64,000 bases of DNA from Selaginella moellendorffii (GCF_000143415.4 NW_003314304.1:254169-318168), one strand, 5' to 3'. Counted from the first letter of the stretch, positions 1 through 14,341 are shown. Notes: generated by a model not told the origin, from the sequence alone. Made by a program: numbers and translations.

Positions 1-3000
1 ATAAGAAGACACATAAGATAAAACATTTACCTCTTCATTAAAGAGTGGTTGTTAATTGCTTTGTGATTGATGATCATTTGTAGACTATGTCATAAATTGC
101 TGATACTTGCTTCACTCAATGGTGATTTATAAGTGATGGGCTTACTTACTAGATAGTGTTGTGGAGGATTGTATCATTAACTTTGCATGATTTCTTTAGG
201 TTAATATCTTAATTCCATTTCTGTGATATTATCTGGTTGCATTTAATCTATAGTGTCATTGAGTCTTAGATGTGATAATTCACTCCTTGATAATGTAATA
301 TCTGTAACTAAGTATTGTTGAAGGATTAGTATTAAATATTAACTAAAGTATCTTTGACTTTAGTTGACTTGATTGCTAAAGAGCTTTGTGAAACACAAAT
401 CTCTAAGTCCAAAAGTGGAGCCAAAGTGTGTTATATGGTAATGGCCAAAGTAGAAGCCCAATAAATGTAATATATTTGTATTAAAAGCTTTAACTCAAAA
501 AGTCAAGAGCAAGAGTGGAACTCCCAAAGAAGTGCTCAAGGAACAAATACAAAGCAATTAGGGAGTGTCTTGAAAAAGGGACAAAAGAATCATTAATACA
601 TGGTAAATGTTGTGACATATAGAAGTGTTAAGACCAAGAATAGGAAGGAGTCCAAGATGGAGTGTGAGATGGAGTATCTGAGATTGAGTATGAGAAGGAG
701 TCCAAGATGGATTCCAAAATGGAAATTGAGATGGAGACCAAGATTGAGACCAAGACCAAAATTGAGACTAAGTTCAAGACCAAGTCTAAGTCTGAGTCCA
801 AGTTCAAGTCCAAGTCCAAGTTTAAATCCAAAGGTGAAAACCCAAAGCGATTATCTCCCAAACCCTAGTAGTTTAGTGAGTCCCTGTAGGATAATAGGGG
901 GAAGACTCTAATAGAACTAATTTGGCCAGGAAAGGCTAGTGTGACCAACGAAAATTACACTTATATGGTAGGTGATGATATAATCATTGAGGAATCCAAG
1001 GTTTAGACACGAATAGACAAGTGGAATAATTTGGTGAAGTGTTTTAGAGCCAACTTTAGCTCATACAAAAGATCAAATGGTCAATACTCCCCATCCAAGT
1101 ATGGGTGGCATTACCTACTTGTATAGCTCATCGGAACTTCGTTCTAGCCACATAGTTAGGGCACTCTAGTGGCGGAAGTTTAGCGCTTACATTGGGCTAC
1201 GGTGTTTCAAAATGTTGTCCCAAAATCTTGAACTATGGAAAGACAAAGGAGTGGTCCTCTTGCTTTGTGACTATAGGTATAGTTATATAGTGAGGAAGTA
1301 CTAAAAGTTAATAAGGCTTAGTGGATAGGCCTTCAGACCCTGAACCGCTAGTGGTGTTGGCAAGTACTACTATGGATGGAAAGGGACTTGGTGGGGATCA
1401 AAGGAGGGATATTGAATTTGGTGTTCCCCATGTCTTGAGGCATCCTAAGGATACTAAAGTGTGATCATAGGATGACCACTCATGGATAGATGGCACAGTT
1501 TCAAAGGAATAAGACCGTGTTATGGGTGGTCTTGGACTACCAATAAGTCAATGGCGAATGGATAGTGCAACATGTTAAGATGTTGGTAGTACCTTTGGGT
1601 ATCAGAAATGAGATTAGATATGTGGAGCACTTGGACTAAGTATGAAATCGATTGTAAGCCACAAATTTTTCCTTTCCAATTTGTCAGCTTACCTCGTCTA
1701 TTCGACCGACACTTTTTTGGACTTAACTAAGTTCCCTCGCCAAGGTTCCTACCTATGGTACTAGCTCCTAGGTTTCAGCTACTCATTGCACGAGCAATGG
1801 AGCATTAGCCATTCATCCATAGATTCCCAAATCTCTCCCAATCCCCCTCCCCGGTTTAGATTGAACTTAAAGTTCAACTACACTCCCCGCAGGCACAAGC
1901 AACCAAGCACACCAAGCCTCCAGATTTCTAACATTTTTTGGTACCACAAGACTTAATCATGGGACCCTCTAAATCCCAAGCTTTGGGTGCAACACTTACT
2001 CTGGGATGCGGGGGGGCAGGGCGGGGGGGAAACACCATGGCTTAATAGCCTGGTATGGGTACCCCCACTCCCCCACTTTTATTTCGAAGGGAAGGCCCAA
2101 GCCCCTAGGCAAGGTGAGGACCAATGAGTTGCATAGTACTTAAATGGGGCACCACTCAACATGAGCCAAGAGCATCGCAGTCAGTTTCCCTTCTGAGAGT
2201 GGGAGCTGCTCTTGAGCACTTCCTGGGGTGGCCCCTCTAGCACCACCCAAGTCCATGCTCACTCCCACCCAAGGCCCCTTACCCCCAGTCTCAACCTCAA
2301 GTTAGTTTGGAAGCACCACTTGAGAGTTCCTTCAAGACTGGGTTCCTGGACCTCACTATCCCTACTATACTTTTGGAACCCCCTATAGCGTCCCCCCCCC
2401 CCGAGAGACACATACTTTGGGCTTTCACCCCTCAACCTATATTAGTACTCAGACTCGATCTCGGACTCAATCTCGGACTCGATCTTGGACCTGACCTCGG
2501 ACTCGATCTCAGACCTGATCTCGGATTCGACCTTGAACTCGACCTCAAACTCGGTCTTGAACCCAATCTCGGATCTCAGAATTTGTCTCAAACTCGGTCT
2601 CGAACTCGGTCTCGAAGTCGGCTTTGGACTCGATTCTAGTCTTTATCTCAAACCTGGTCTCAGAGTCGATTTTAGACTCAATCTCAAACTCGGTCCTATC
2701 CAATGAACTCTTTATCATTTTGGTCGTGTTTTTGGGGATCCTTTAGCCTACGACACCTCAGGGAGTTGGTTCATTACAACTCCACCACCCATATAAAAAG
2801 TTCGATGCCCACATCAAATGTTTCTTTTTTAATCCTACAACTTGTTGACTATGTCTCCGGGGGCATCCCCCCACTTAGTGGTGTGCCTAAATTAGCCTCC
2901 CCGGCCAAGAGCTTATAACAATGGAATATAGGTGTTCTTATACCCCTCACCTCACCACACCCTAGTATGGGGTTGGGACTTGAACCCAGCCTTGCTTTAT

Positions 3001-3242
3001 TAGGGGGTTGGGATTCGAACCCAACTTCCGTAGAATATGTCTACGGATTCGACATCCCTATAAGGAGTTGGGCGTAGTTCCCTATGCCTAGTCGACATAA
3101 CTAACCCATGCTAATTAGCTTACCTTCGGCGCACCTTTGGGTCCCAACATATGCCATTGCTCAACTTCACAAATTGATACTTTTAATTGAACTTTGCATA
3201 AGTACATGGAGTTCTGCCTTGCATAAATTCTTCCATTAGATC

Positions 3243-6200
3243 TCACACATTCGCTAGGTTCTCCTTTGGTTCCCATGTTGCTTCGCAGTGTGGAAATCCT
3301 TTCCACTTCACATAGAACTCCCTCACCTCGTGTCCTTGTCGCTTGTTCTTGCGCGCATTGAGGATGGCCTTGATTTCGTATTCCTCTTCCCCTTGGATAA
3401 CCTCAGGTAAAGGTCTCACTTGGTCCTTGCAAAGCAAATCCTCAAAGTACGGCTTAAGTAAGTTCACATGGAACATTAGGTGCATCTTCCCCATCTCTCG
3501 AGGAAGTCAGAGGCGGTAAGCCACTTTACCGATTTGTGCCTCAATCTCGTAAGGCCCTGCGAACTTACTTAAGGAACTCAAGATCAGTTCATTTCCAAGA
3601 ATACATGCATTTTTACCTTTGGGTCAACTTCTGACTGATCCCACTTGGTAGCCTTAGGTTCTTAGTGTTTAGCCACACCTTTTCCCTAGGTTAGAACTCT
3701 ACATCCTGACGCTTCTGGTTTGCATACTTGATTTGCCTTTGTTGAGCCCATTCCAAGGAATCCCTCACTACATTTCAAATGTTGAGTCTTTCTGCCGTGA
3801 ATGCCTCCACTGCAGGTAACTCTCCATGATACTCGGCCATGCCGAATTCCACAAGACCTTCAATAGCTCGCCTATTAATGACTTCCCATGGACTCACCCC
3901 GATACTCAAGTGTGGTGAGTTGTTATAACACATTTCTGAAAGTCCTAAATGACTTACCCAATTGGTTTAGTCTCCCAAGACATAGCATCGCAAATAATCC
4001 TCCAGCTACCTATTCACCCTTTCCGTTTGTCCGTTTGTCAAGAAGTGCTAGTGCTATCAAACTTGACTTAATACCCAATACCTATCTGTGGGTGATAGGC
4101 TGTGCTGAATTTCAACTTGGTGCGATACTATTCCAAGAGAGTTCTCCAGAACCTACTGGTGAAGTTCTTATCTCGATTTGAGATAATCTCTTCTAGCTTT
4201 CCCTGCACTCGAACCACTTACTCGAAGAACAACTTTGCCACACCTTTCACATCCACCTCCGTTGTGGTGGGTATGAAATGTGCCATCTTTGAAAATCGGT
4301 CCACCACCACGAATATTACATCAAACCCCTCACTTGGGGGGAGTCTCGTGATGAAGTCCATTGTAAGACATTTCCACGGACAATTTGGAATTGGGATGCT
4401 TTGTGACAAGCCCCCACTAGCTTTAATCACGGCTTTGACCTGCTAACATGTTGAACATGTCTTTACATAGTTTTGGACGTCCTTAGCCATATTTGGTCAG
4501 TGATACTTCCTCTTGAGGAAGCCCATCGTCTTAGGCACTCCACCGTGTCCTGCAAGAGATTTGTCATGACACTCTTCTAAGGCTACCTTCCTTAGTTCCC
4601 CTTCTGAAATGTACACCCTTGTTTGTTTATAATAGATGTATCCATTGTGTTCCACATAACCTATTTTCTCTTCTATTGGCAGCTCACCTCTTTGGTGAGC
4701 TTCTCGTGCCTCTTAGTTCCTTAGCAACACTTTTTGTGCTAGACCATCATTCTCATATGTTGTCTACACATCATCCAATATTGTTGTTATACTAGATATC
4801 ACCAACTTCAAGCTTGCTTTTCGACTTAGAGCATTTGCCACGATGTTGCTCTTCCCAGGTTTATATAAAATCTCGAAATCAAACTCGGCCAAAACATTGG
4901 CCCACTGATCTTGTTTCCCTCTTAGGTCGGGCTACGACAAGAAGTGTTTCATTACCACATTATCCGTGTAAACTTTGAAGTGCCTCCCAAGGTAGTGTCA
5001 CCACTCTTTGAGCGCCTTGACCACAGTAAATAATTCCTTCTCGTGGGCAGGCCACGTTCGCTAAGCCTTGTCCAACTTCTTTGAGAAGAATGCCATTGGG
5101 TGGATGTCTTGCTTCAAAACTGCACCTAACGCAAAGTCCAAAGCATCTATTTTTACCTCAAAGTCTTTACTAAAGTTTGGTAATGCCAACACGGGAGTCT
5201 TCCTCAACTTCACTTTGAGGTGGATAAATGCCTCCTCACATTCCATACCATCTTCCCTTTACCCATTTGGTTTGTTAAGGGCAGGGTTACTTTCAAATAG
5301 TGTTTGATAAACTTTCGGTAGTAGTTGCATATCCCCAAGAATGCAAACTTTGAAGTGCCTCCCAAGGTAGTGTCACCACTCTTTGAGCGCCTTGACCACA
5401 GTAAATAATTCCTTCTCGTGGGCAGGCCACTTTCGCTAAGCCTTGTCCAACTTCTTTGAGAAGAATGCCATTGGGTGGATGTCTTGCTTCAAAACTGCAC
5501 CTAACGCAAAGTCCAAAGCATCTATTTTTACCTCAAAGTCTTTACTAAAGTTTGGTAATGCCAACACGGGAGTCTTCCTCAACTTCACTTTGAGGTGGAT
5601 AAATGCCTCCTCACATTCCATACCATCTTCCCTTTACCCATTTGGTTTGTTTAAGGGTAGGGTTATTTTCAAATAGTGTTTGATAAACTTTCGGTAGTAG
5701 TTGCATATCCCCAAGAATGCCCTCAACTCAAGTACATTCGATGGTTGCTCCCATTCTTGGATCACTTAGACCTTCTCAGGGTCCACCTTGAGCCCGTCTT
5801 TGCCCACCACATGCCTGAGAAACTTTACTTCTTGTTAAGTAAAGTCACATTTACTCTCTTTAGCATACAGTTGGTGTTCCCTTAGTTTCTCAAACACCTT
5901 CATCAAGTGTTTGGCTTGCTCCTCTAGCATTTTCCTATAGATCAAGATGTCGCCAATATAAATGACCACAAAGTGATCCAAATAAGGTATAAAGATGTGG
6001 TTCATCAATGCCAAAAACATTGCCAGTGCATTGCATAGCCCAAAGGGCATCACTAGAAACTCAAAGCTCCCATACCTTATCTGACAGGTTGTCTTCTCGA
6101 CATCTTCCTCTGCTACCCTAATTTAGTAGTATCCTGACATTAGGTGAATTTTTGAGAAGTATTTTGCCTTTCCCAACCTATCAAACAGGTCCTCAATCCT

Positions 6201-8305
6201 TGGTAAAGGGTGTTTGTTCTTCTTTATATACTTGTTGAGCAACCAGTAGTCTATGCACATGTGCATAGATCCATCTTTCTTTTTCACAAATAACACTGGC
6301 ACCCTATACGGTGACTTGCTTAACCTAACATACACTTTGTCTACCAACTCTTCTAGTTGGTGCTTCAGCTCCTCAATTTCCTTTTTGTTCAAACGATAGG
6401 GTGGACGAACCACTGCCTTAGCACCATCGACTAGCTCAATCTTATGTTCTATCGGTCGTGTAGGGGGAAAAGCTCCTTTGGCATGGTATTTTGGGATTGG
6501 TCCAACACCCACTAGATCACTAAATGTACTTCTTCCATTCTCGTCTTGTCACTTTTCACCGAGAGTAAGCACAAAAATGCTGCCTTGGTTCCTTTAGTGA
6601 GTTATCATCTCGTGGACACCAAGTTTAAGCAGGAGTCCTTAGCCTTACATTGCCCTACCTTTAGATCTTGGGCCTCCACCCTGGATCATTCTCTCTGGGC
6701 ATTTGCCAATACCACAAAGTTCCTACTTTGTCCATGCAGGGCTACCATGAACCGATTGAACTAATCCATCCCAAAGATTACGTCAAATCCCGCCATGTCC
6801 AACATGGTGAAATCCATATTTACTTTCCATGTCCCTACTTCGACTCTCTCTTGTTGAAGTACCTCATTGGTACTTTGGCTACATTGAACAAACTCTATAG
6901 TCCTTAGTTCACCCAGCCGCTACACCGTTAGCCCGGCTTGCCAAACTATGTTTGCAGCCACAAAATTATCCGAAGCACCCATGTCAATAAGGATCTTAAC
7001 AAAGCTACCTTTGAGCTTCCTTTAGAGGGCTAGTAGATGTCACAAACGATTCTCTACCAAAGTTGCTCGTGTAATGAGTAACTTTGAGCTAGGGACTGGA
7101 TCACGTACCTCAATTTGAATTTCACCTGACTTAATGGCCATATTGGGTCTAGCCTTTTTTAGGTAGGGATATTCCCTCGAAAAGTGTCCCACTTCACTGC
7201 AATTGAAGCATACGTTGTTTCCCATGCTACTAGCCAACTTGACCTTCTTATCCGTGGGTTTGTCTTTTTTCGCTTGACTCCCCCACGTATTTGCTCGTTA
7301 GCCATTGGATCTGCTTTTCCGAAACCTCGAGGACTCATTCTTAGAGAAACTCTTCTTGAATTTCCCTTTGCTATATGTTCCCCTTGGTTTGGCCCCTTTG
7401 CTAAATGTGGACCCCGACCCTGTTGTGTTCCCTTTTTGTAGGTTATCATTGAAACACACCTTGATAGCTGCATCCAACACTTCCTTGTAGTTGGTTGGGT
7501 TCTAATGCATCACCTCGCTGGAAGCCCAGGATTGCAAGCTTGATATGAAGGCATGGAATGCATCCATATCATCCATATCCGTGACAAGTATCCTCTTTGC
7601 CATAAACCCATTCACATACTCTTGAATGGTTTTAGTCTGCTTCAGCCTACTCAGCTCATCCCTTAGGTGTGAAGCATTCGGAAGAATGTAAGTCGCACGG
7701 ATCCTCACCTTCATCATTTCCCAAGTAGCCACTGGTCCTTTGTTGGCCTCTGTTGTTCTCCACTAAGACTTCGCATTATCTGCCAAATATGGTTTTGCAC
7801 ATGGGACCTTCTCTGAGCTTAGTAACCACAACACTCGGAAGTAATCTTCCATATCGTAAAACCAATCCTCCACCACCTTATAGTCATTCACTCCCTTGAA
7901 GACCGGTGGGGGCTTTGATTTGTACTTGGGAACTGCTTGAGGGACTAATTCCACTTCAGTTTGTTCGACTTTGTTTGGTTTTGCCTCAGTCCCTACCGAA
8001 GGGTCCGCACCTTCTATGCTGCTAGCATCTATAGTCTTTCCCTTTTTCTTCCACTTCTTGTCATGCTTTAACTTACATATGAGAGTCTCTGGCAGGGCAT
8101 TGGTCTGTGCCAATTGTCCTTCTAGAATGTCCAATCGAGCTTTGGATGACCGAACCTCACCATCGGACTCTTGTTTGGAAGTTTCCTCACTAGAGTCCTT
8201 TTCATGCAAGGATTCCTCATCCATAGTTTTTTGTTCAATTGAAGGCTCTAGCTCTAGAGGAGGTTCTGTTTCTGCTTTGGTTCGTTTATGCCCTATCTTT
8301 GCCAT
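3243..8305 (-). pseudogene. gag-pol of family A copy 1
   Basis: Gag with CFNCSEVGHFSREY knuckle; protease LIDMGAS; RT (PYRL, MPFGLCNA, YIGDIL); RNase H (DALDFALGAVL); integrase ([22 protein letters not shown]); chromodomain (EYEIKAIL...FYVKWKGFPHCEATWEP). Many stops and frameshifts. Confidence 0.93.
4970..5720. repeat. Tandem duplication of about 375 bp of the RT-RNase H junction inside copy A1
   Basis: 4970-5344 is repeated at 5345-5720. Identical 61-aa ORFs lie 375 bp apart. Absent from copy A2. Confidence 0.95.
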
Positions 8306-11300
8306 CTCTTAGCAATGCGCTTCTATCCTTCGTTAGAACTGAGGAAAAAGCTCTGATACCAAATTGTAAGCCACAAATTTTTCCTTTCCAATTTGCTAGC
8401 TTACCTTGCCTATCTGACTAACACTTCCTTAGACTTAGCTAAGTTCCCTTGCCAAGGTTCCTACCTATTGTACTAGCTCCTATTTGGTTTCAACTACTCA
8501 TTGCACGAGCAACAGAGCATTAGTCATCCATCCACGGATTCCCAAATCTCTTCCAATCCCCCTCCCCAGGTTAGATTGGACTTAAGGTTTGGTTACACTC
8601 CCCGCAGGCACAAATAGCCAAGCACACCAAGCCTCCAAACTCCTAATATCCCTTGGTACCACAACACTTGATCATGGGACCCTCTAAATCCCAAGCCTCG
8701 GGTGCAGCATTTGCTCCGGGACGTAGAGGGGAAAAACCGTGACCTAACAGCTTGGTATGGGTACCCCTACTCCCCCACTTCCATCCCAAAGGGAAGGCCC
8801 AAGCCCCTAGGCAAGGCAAGGACCAATGAGCCGCATGGTACTCAAGTGGGGCACAACTCTACATGAGCCGGGGGCACTGTAGTCGGTTTCCCTTTCGGGA
8901 GTGGGAGCTGCTCTTGAGCACTTCCTAGGGTGCTCCGGCACCACCCAAGTCCAGGCTCACTCCCACCCAAAACCCCTTGGCCCTAGTCTCAACCTCAAGT
9001 CAGTTTGGAAGCACCACTAGAGAGTTCCTTCAAGACTAATTCCTGGACCTCACTATCCCTATTATACTTTGGAACCCCCTGCACCCCCCCCCCCCCCCTG
9101 GGAGACACATGCTTTGGGCTTTCACCCCTCGACCTGTATTAGTACTCGGACTCGGTCTCGGACTCGATCTCAAACTTGATCTCAGACTCAGTCTTGGACC
9201 CAATCTCCGATCTCAAACTCTGTCTCAAACTCGATCTCAAAGTTGGCCTCGGACTAAATCCCATACTCTATCTCAAACTTGGTCTCAAAGTCGGTCTTGG
9301 ACTCGATCTCAAACTCTGTCCCATCCAATGAATTCTTTATCATTCCGGTCATGCTTTCGGGGATCTTTTAGCCTACGATACCTCAGAGAGTTGGTTCCTT
9401 ACATTGATGTGGTCTTGAGATCATATCTAATATTAAGCAAGTACCCCAAGGTAGATAAGGATTTATGAGGGTTGTAAGTGAGACTCTTCTAAGTGGCTAA
9501 AGGCATAGTTAAATAACTAAAGTAGAATAAAAAATTTAGTTGCTCACAGACTTTAAGTGGTGGTTTACTTTGCTTTCTTCTAACTTTGTTTTAGTATTAA
9601 TGATGTTGAAATGATATCTTGACATTGATATTGTTAAAGTTAAGATTGGAATGAGATGAGCTGTTATTTTGTCTCTCTAGTCTTAATGACGATAGTATTG
9701 ATGATTTAGGCTGTAGCTTATGTTATTGGCATGCATACATTTGCTAGTTAGCAATTGTATTAGTGTTCAAACAATCTAAATGGCAAGTTTGAGTTAGTTA
9801 TATGTTAAATGAGATTACTTAGTAGGGGTTGAGCTTTAGCTTTTCCTTGAAAAGTGACTTAGTTATTGACTATACTAGCTTTTCAAGAGGAAGAGTTAAT
9901 GATCAATATTAAAGTTGTTGGTTCTTTATTAAATTTGAGTTTATATTATATTAATTGTTAATGATTTTTATTACACTTGTTATAAAATGAGTTACATCTT
10001 GTTATTGATAGATAGATTCATGGAGAATCAAGTTTGATGATCACTTATTGAACATCGTGTTGTTATGCTTAGCTTTTGAAATTGATGCAAATATACTTTT
10101 TATTAGCTTTTACATTATGTTGGATTGTACCATAATTTTTTCTTTGGCATTAAACTTAGTTGATACAAAACTTGTGATCATTGTTAGGCAAGATTTGGTT
10201 ATAAACTTCTTCAAATTTTTGGTTCTTTGAGTTTTTATACTTATTATTTTATTTTTTAGAAGTTGTTATTAAGGGCATTTTAACTATAGACTTCTTTAAG
10301 TTTTTGGTTCTTTTGAGTTTTTATATTTATTGTTCCATTTATTAGGAGTTATTGAGGAGGGTATTTTGGCTCATTAGTTCCAATATTTAAATTAGTGTTT
10401 GCATTTAGTGATCATTGTGGATGATTGATTGTCATTTATTGCTTGATTATTATTGGTGATTGATTGTTTGTTATTCTTTGGGATGGTAGATTGTTCTTCA
10501 AATGATGATTGTGCATTTCTCTTGATAAGATGATTGATGATTTTTCATGATGGTTAGTTGTTCTCTTTGATAGCTTTTGGCTTTCCACATTACTATATAT
10601 TCTTTGTGGTTTGCTCTAGATTGGTCTCTTGGGTTTAAGTTATAAGTAAGATATTGTTGATAGTTTTCTTAGAAACTTTAGTTCTTTTATGTTGTTAATT
10701 AAAATCTGTTCAGATTGACTAGGATGATGGCTAGGATGAATGAGTATTTATTACCTCTTGCAATATTCATTCTGTTTTATTTGGCTCTATTAGATTAAGA
10801 TGTTTTTTTTAAAATGATATAGTTGTGAGTATTTTGTTTGTCAATCAATGATATTTTGTGTTCTTTGAGTTGTCTTTCATTAATTATTTAGCATATTATC
10901 TAGATTATTTGGTAGTTGAGCTTTATCATTGAGTTTCCTTGATAATATACTTATTATTAAATTTTTTTGGATGATTAATTTTATGTCTTTCGACTATAAT
11001 GATCTTGGTGGTTCCTATACTATAATCCTGATTTATTGGATGATAACTTAATTGGAATACTTTGCTATTCTAATATAAGTTTTATTCACTGATAATTTAG
11101 TCTCTAAAATATCATTATCTTTGACTTTGATATTATCCACCTATTGATCTTTGAATTTGGGCTTGTATATGTATATGGTGAAATCTTTAGTCATGGGGTA
11201 ATTACTGTTAACTTGTCATATCACTCACTTCTCTCTCAATATTCTTTATTCTATTAAAAGGGTGTGATCCAATAAACAACTCTTAACTACTTATTTAAAA

Positions 11301-11605
11301 TAGTATATCTAAACCTTACCAAGAGGTTTAGTTTATTTGCTTATGAGGTTTATGGCCTTTGGCTTCTCTCTTTATGTCATTTGTAGATAGGGCCATATCA
11401 TCTTTTGTTAGTTGGGTGATATTAGAGTAGCAATAGTGATTGACTTTGTTAGTATAAGACACAAATCCCTAAGGCCCAAAGTGGAGCCAAAAGGATGCCA
11501 TGTGGTAGTGGCTGAGGTAGAAGCCAAATGAGCGTAACATGTTTGGACTAAAAGCTCTAACTTGAAATGTTGAGAGCGGGAGTGGAACTTTTAATGAAGT
11601 GCTCA

Positions 11606-12071
11606 GTTCAAATATAGAGGGAAAGGGCCCATGAATAAAAGTGCACCCCCTTTTCCAATCGGTTAAGGGTCTTAGGATACTTGGATTAAGCGTTCTTGGG
11701 TTTGAATAGTACTGGGTTGGGTGACCTCCCGGAAAGTTCAAATTCAAGAGCTTACATTTGGTATCAGAGAGGTCTCAGGTCCGACTCTTTTGGTTGGCTA
11801 GGGGAATCATACCACATGTTAATTGACATTTGGCTGGTCCAGTTTGCTCCCGCTGGGCTCGACCCGAGAGGTAGGGTGTCAAGAGAGCAGGGCTCTTGAG
11901 AGAGCTGCGGCTCTTAGCTTCCGTTCATGAAGGCGTGAACTTGTAGGGAAGCATGGTGGATTGTAAGCAACCAAAGAGAACAACTCGAGAGACGATCCAT
12001 GGGGTTCAAATATAGAAGGAAAGGGCCTATGAATAAAAGTGCACCCTCTTTTCCAATCGGTTAAGGGTTTT
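11606..12071 (+). mobile_element. Cassandra TRIM fragment truncated at both ends (partial LTR, PBS, internal, PPT, partial LTR) inside a B LTR
   Basis: Matches 43122-43714. 5S-like segment at 11686-11739, PBS TGGTATCAGAG at 11759, second LTR starts TGTAAGCAACC at 11962. Confidence 0.85.
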
Positions 12072-14341
12072 AGACAAAGACTGAGACTGAGATTGAGTCC
12101 GAGTTCAAGACTAAGTCCAAGTCTAAGTCTAAGTCCGAGTCTATATTTGAGTCTGAGTCCCCCAAGGGTGGGCTGCAAGGGGTTCCAAAAGTATAGTAGG
12201 GAAAGTGTGGGGGTTGGACTCTAGTGGAACTAGTTTGGCTAGGAAAGGCAAGTGTGACCAAGGAAGGTTACACCCACGTGTTGGGTGATGATATAACCAC
12301 TAGGAAGTCCAAGGCTAGAGTGAATATGAACAAATAAGTAGAGTAATTTGGTGAAGTGTTCAAGAGCCGACTCTAGCTCTCCTGGGAGATTGAATAGTTG
12401 ATAATCTTAGTCTAAGTGTGAGTGGCACTATCTACTTGGATACCTAGTGTGGCTCATTGGAACCTCGCTCTAGCCTCCTGGCTAGAGCACCTAAAGGCAA
12501 ATGGTGGTAAAAGTACCCACGAGGCTCGCATAGGTGTTTCGAAATGTCATCCTAGAGTCCTAGAATGTGGAAAGGAAGAGGAGCAATCCTCTTGTATGAT
12601 GATCAAAGATGTAGTCATGCGGCAAAGAAGTCCTAGAGGTCAATGAGATATAATGGTTGGGCCTTTGAGCACTAACTTAGTAGCAGTATTGGCAAACACA
12701 GCTATGGATGGAAAGGGACTTTGTGGGGATTGAAAAAGGGATATTGAGGAAGGTTACTCCCCATGTTTGCAGGTATCTTAGAAATGCTAAAGAAGGGATC
12801 TAGATTGATCACTCATGGATAGATGGCCCAATTTTTGAAAAATGGAAATATGATATAAGTGGTGTTGGATACTCGTGGTGACAAAGGCAAATAGCCATAA
12901 CTTTAGTATAATAGATTGATATGCTAGTGGTACTTTTGAGTGTCAGTCATGGGATTATCCACATGGAGCACTTGGACCAAGTGCAAAGGATGAGTGGCAT
13001 ATATGCCATTCTCAAGACTAACAAGTCCCTAAGTCTAGAATAGGATATATAAAGGTTGTGAGTAAGACTCCTCCAAGAGGTTGAAGGTGTGGCTAAGTGA
13101 CTAAAATGGAAAATTTAGTCACTTACAATTTGGTGTTGGAGTTATTCCTTAGTCTGACTATTATTGGTGGTCAAGTATATCACTATTTATTTTGGCATAA
13201 AAAAGTCTTAAGAGTGGGTCTATCTTCAAAGAGTAGCATGTCAAAAGGGCATGACTCTCCACTTCAGTTCATAAGTGAACATGTTGGCAATGTGATGGAT
13301 AAAAAAGGGCCAATTTGAGAATGACTTTGGGATATTGGGAACAGTACATAGTTTTCCTTAGAGAGTTAAGGATGTGATTGTACACCATAAATTTTTCCTT
13401 TCTAATTTGCTAGCTTACCTCGTCTATCCGACCATCATGACCTTGGCCTTTGCTAAGTTCCCTCGCCAAAGTTCCCACCTATTGTACTAGCTCCTACTTA
13501 GTTCTACTTGGTTTTAGCAACTCACTGCACGAGCAATGGAGTGTTAGCCATCCTACCACGGATTCCCAAATCTCTCCCAATCCCCCTCCCCGGGTTAGAC
13601 TGGACTTAAGGTTTGGCTACACTCCCCATAAACATAAGTAGCCAATCACACCAAGCCTCCAAGTTCCTAACATCCCTTGGTATAACAAAACTTGATTATG
13701 GGACCCTTTAAATCGCAAGCCTTGGGTGCAACACTTGCTTCGGGACACTGGGGGGAAACACCGTGGCCTAACGGCTCGGTATGGGTATCTCTATTCCCCC
13801 ACTCCCATCCTGAAGGGAAGGCCCAAGCCCCTAGGAAGGGTGAGGATCAATGAGCCGCAAGCTATTCAAGTGGGGCACCACTCCACATGAGCTAGAAGCA
13901 CCGCAATTGATTTCCCTTCCAAAAGTGGGAGTTGCTCTTGAGCACTTCTTGGGGTGGCCCCTTTGGCACCACCCAAGTCCATGCTCACTCCCACCTAAGG
14001 CTCCTTAGCCTCAATTTCAACCTCAAGTCAGTTTGAAAGCACCACTGGAGAGTTCCTTCAAGACTGGTTCCTAGACCTCACTATCCCTATTATACTTTAG
14101 GAACCCCCTGCAAACCCCCCCCCCCTGCCCTCCCCTGGGAGACACACACTTTGGGCTTTCATGAGCCCAAGTATGTTTTGAGCTCATGAGCTCACGACTT
14201 CTCAAACACAAGGAAAACATTGGTTTGTCCCAAACCAACATCTTTAAATTTCATTTTTCAAATTTTGATTTAATCTATATTTCCAAGTAAATTCAATCAA
14301 TAAAATACAAATATAAATATAGATCCAAACACCAAAGTGAT

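Larger units (their letters stand above)
1653..9403 (-). mobile_element. Full-length Ty3/Gypsy chromovirus LTR retrotransposon, family A copy 1 (decayed)
   Basis: LTRs 1653-2778 and 8365-9403 (TG...CA). TSD TCGAT (1648-1652)/TTGAT (9404-9408). tRNA-iMet PBS TGGTATCAGAGC at 8350-8361 (minus). PPT GGGTGGTGGAGT at 2779-2790 (minus). Domain order gag-PR-RT-RH-IN-chromodomain. Confidence 0.95.
387..9548 (+). mobile_element. Solo LTR of family B (387-1652 plus 9404-9548), split by a family A insertion
   Basis: Starts TGTGAAACACAAATC and ends AATTTAGTTGCTCACA. Colinear with the LTRs at 11453-13126, 16021-17759 (minus) and 44312-46585. Flanks AGCTT/GACTT are compatible with a decayed 5-bp TSD. Confidence 0.75.

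Noticed and set aside
9549-11452. AT-rich strand-biased sequence (also 1-386), possibly an old retroelement
   Set aside because: No protein motif or terminus could be recognised, so it is left unclassified.
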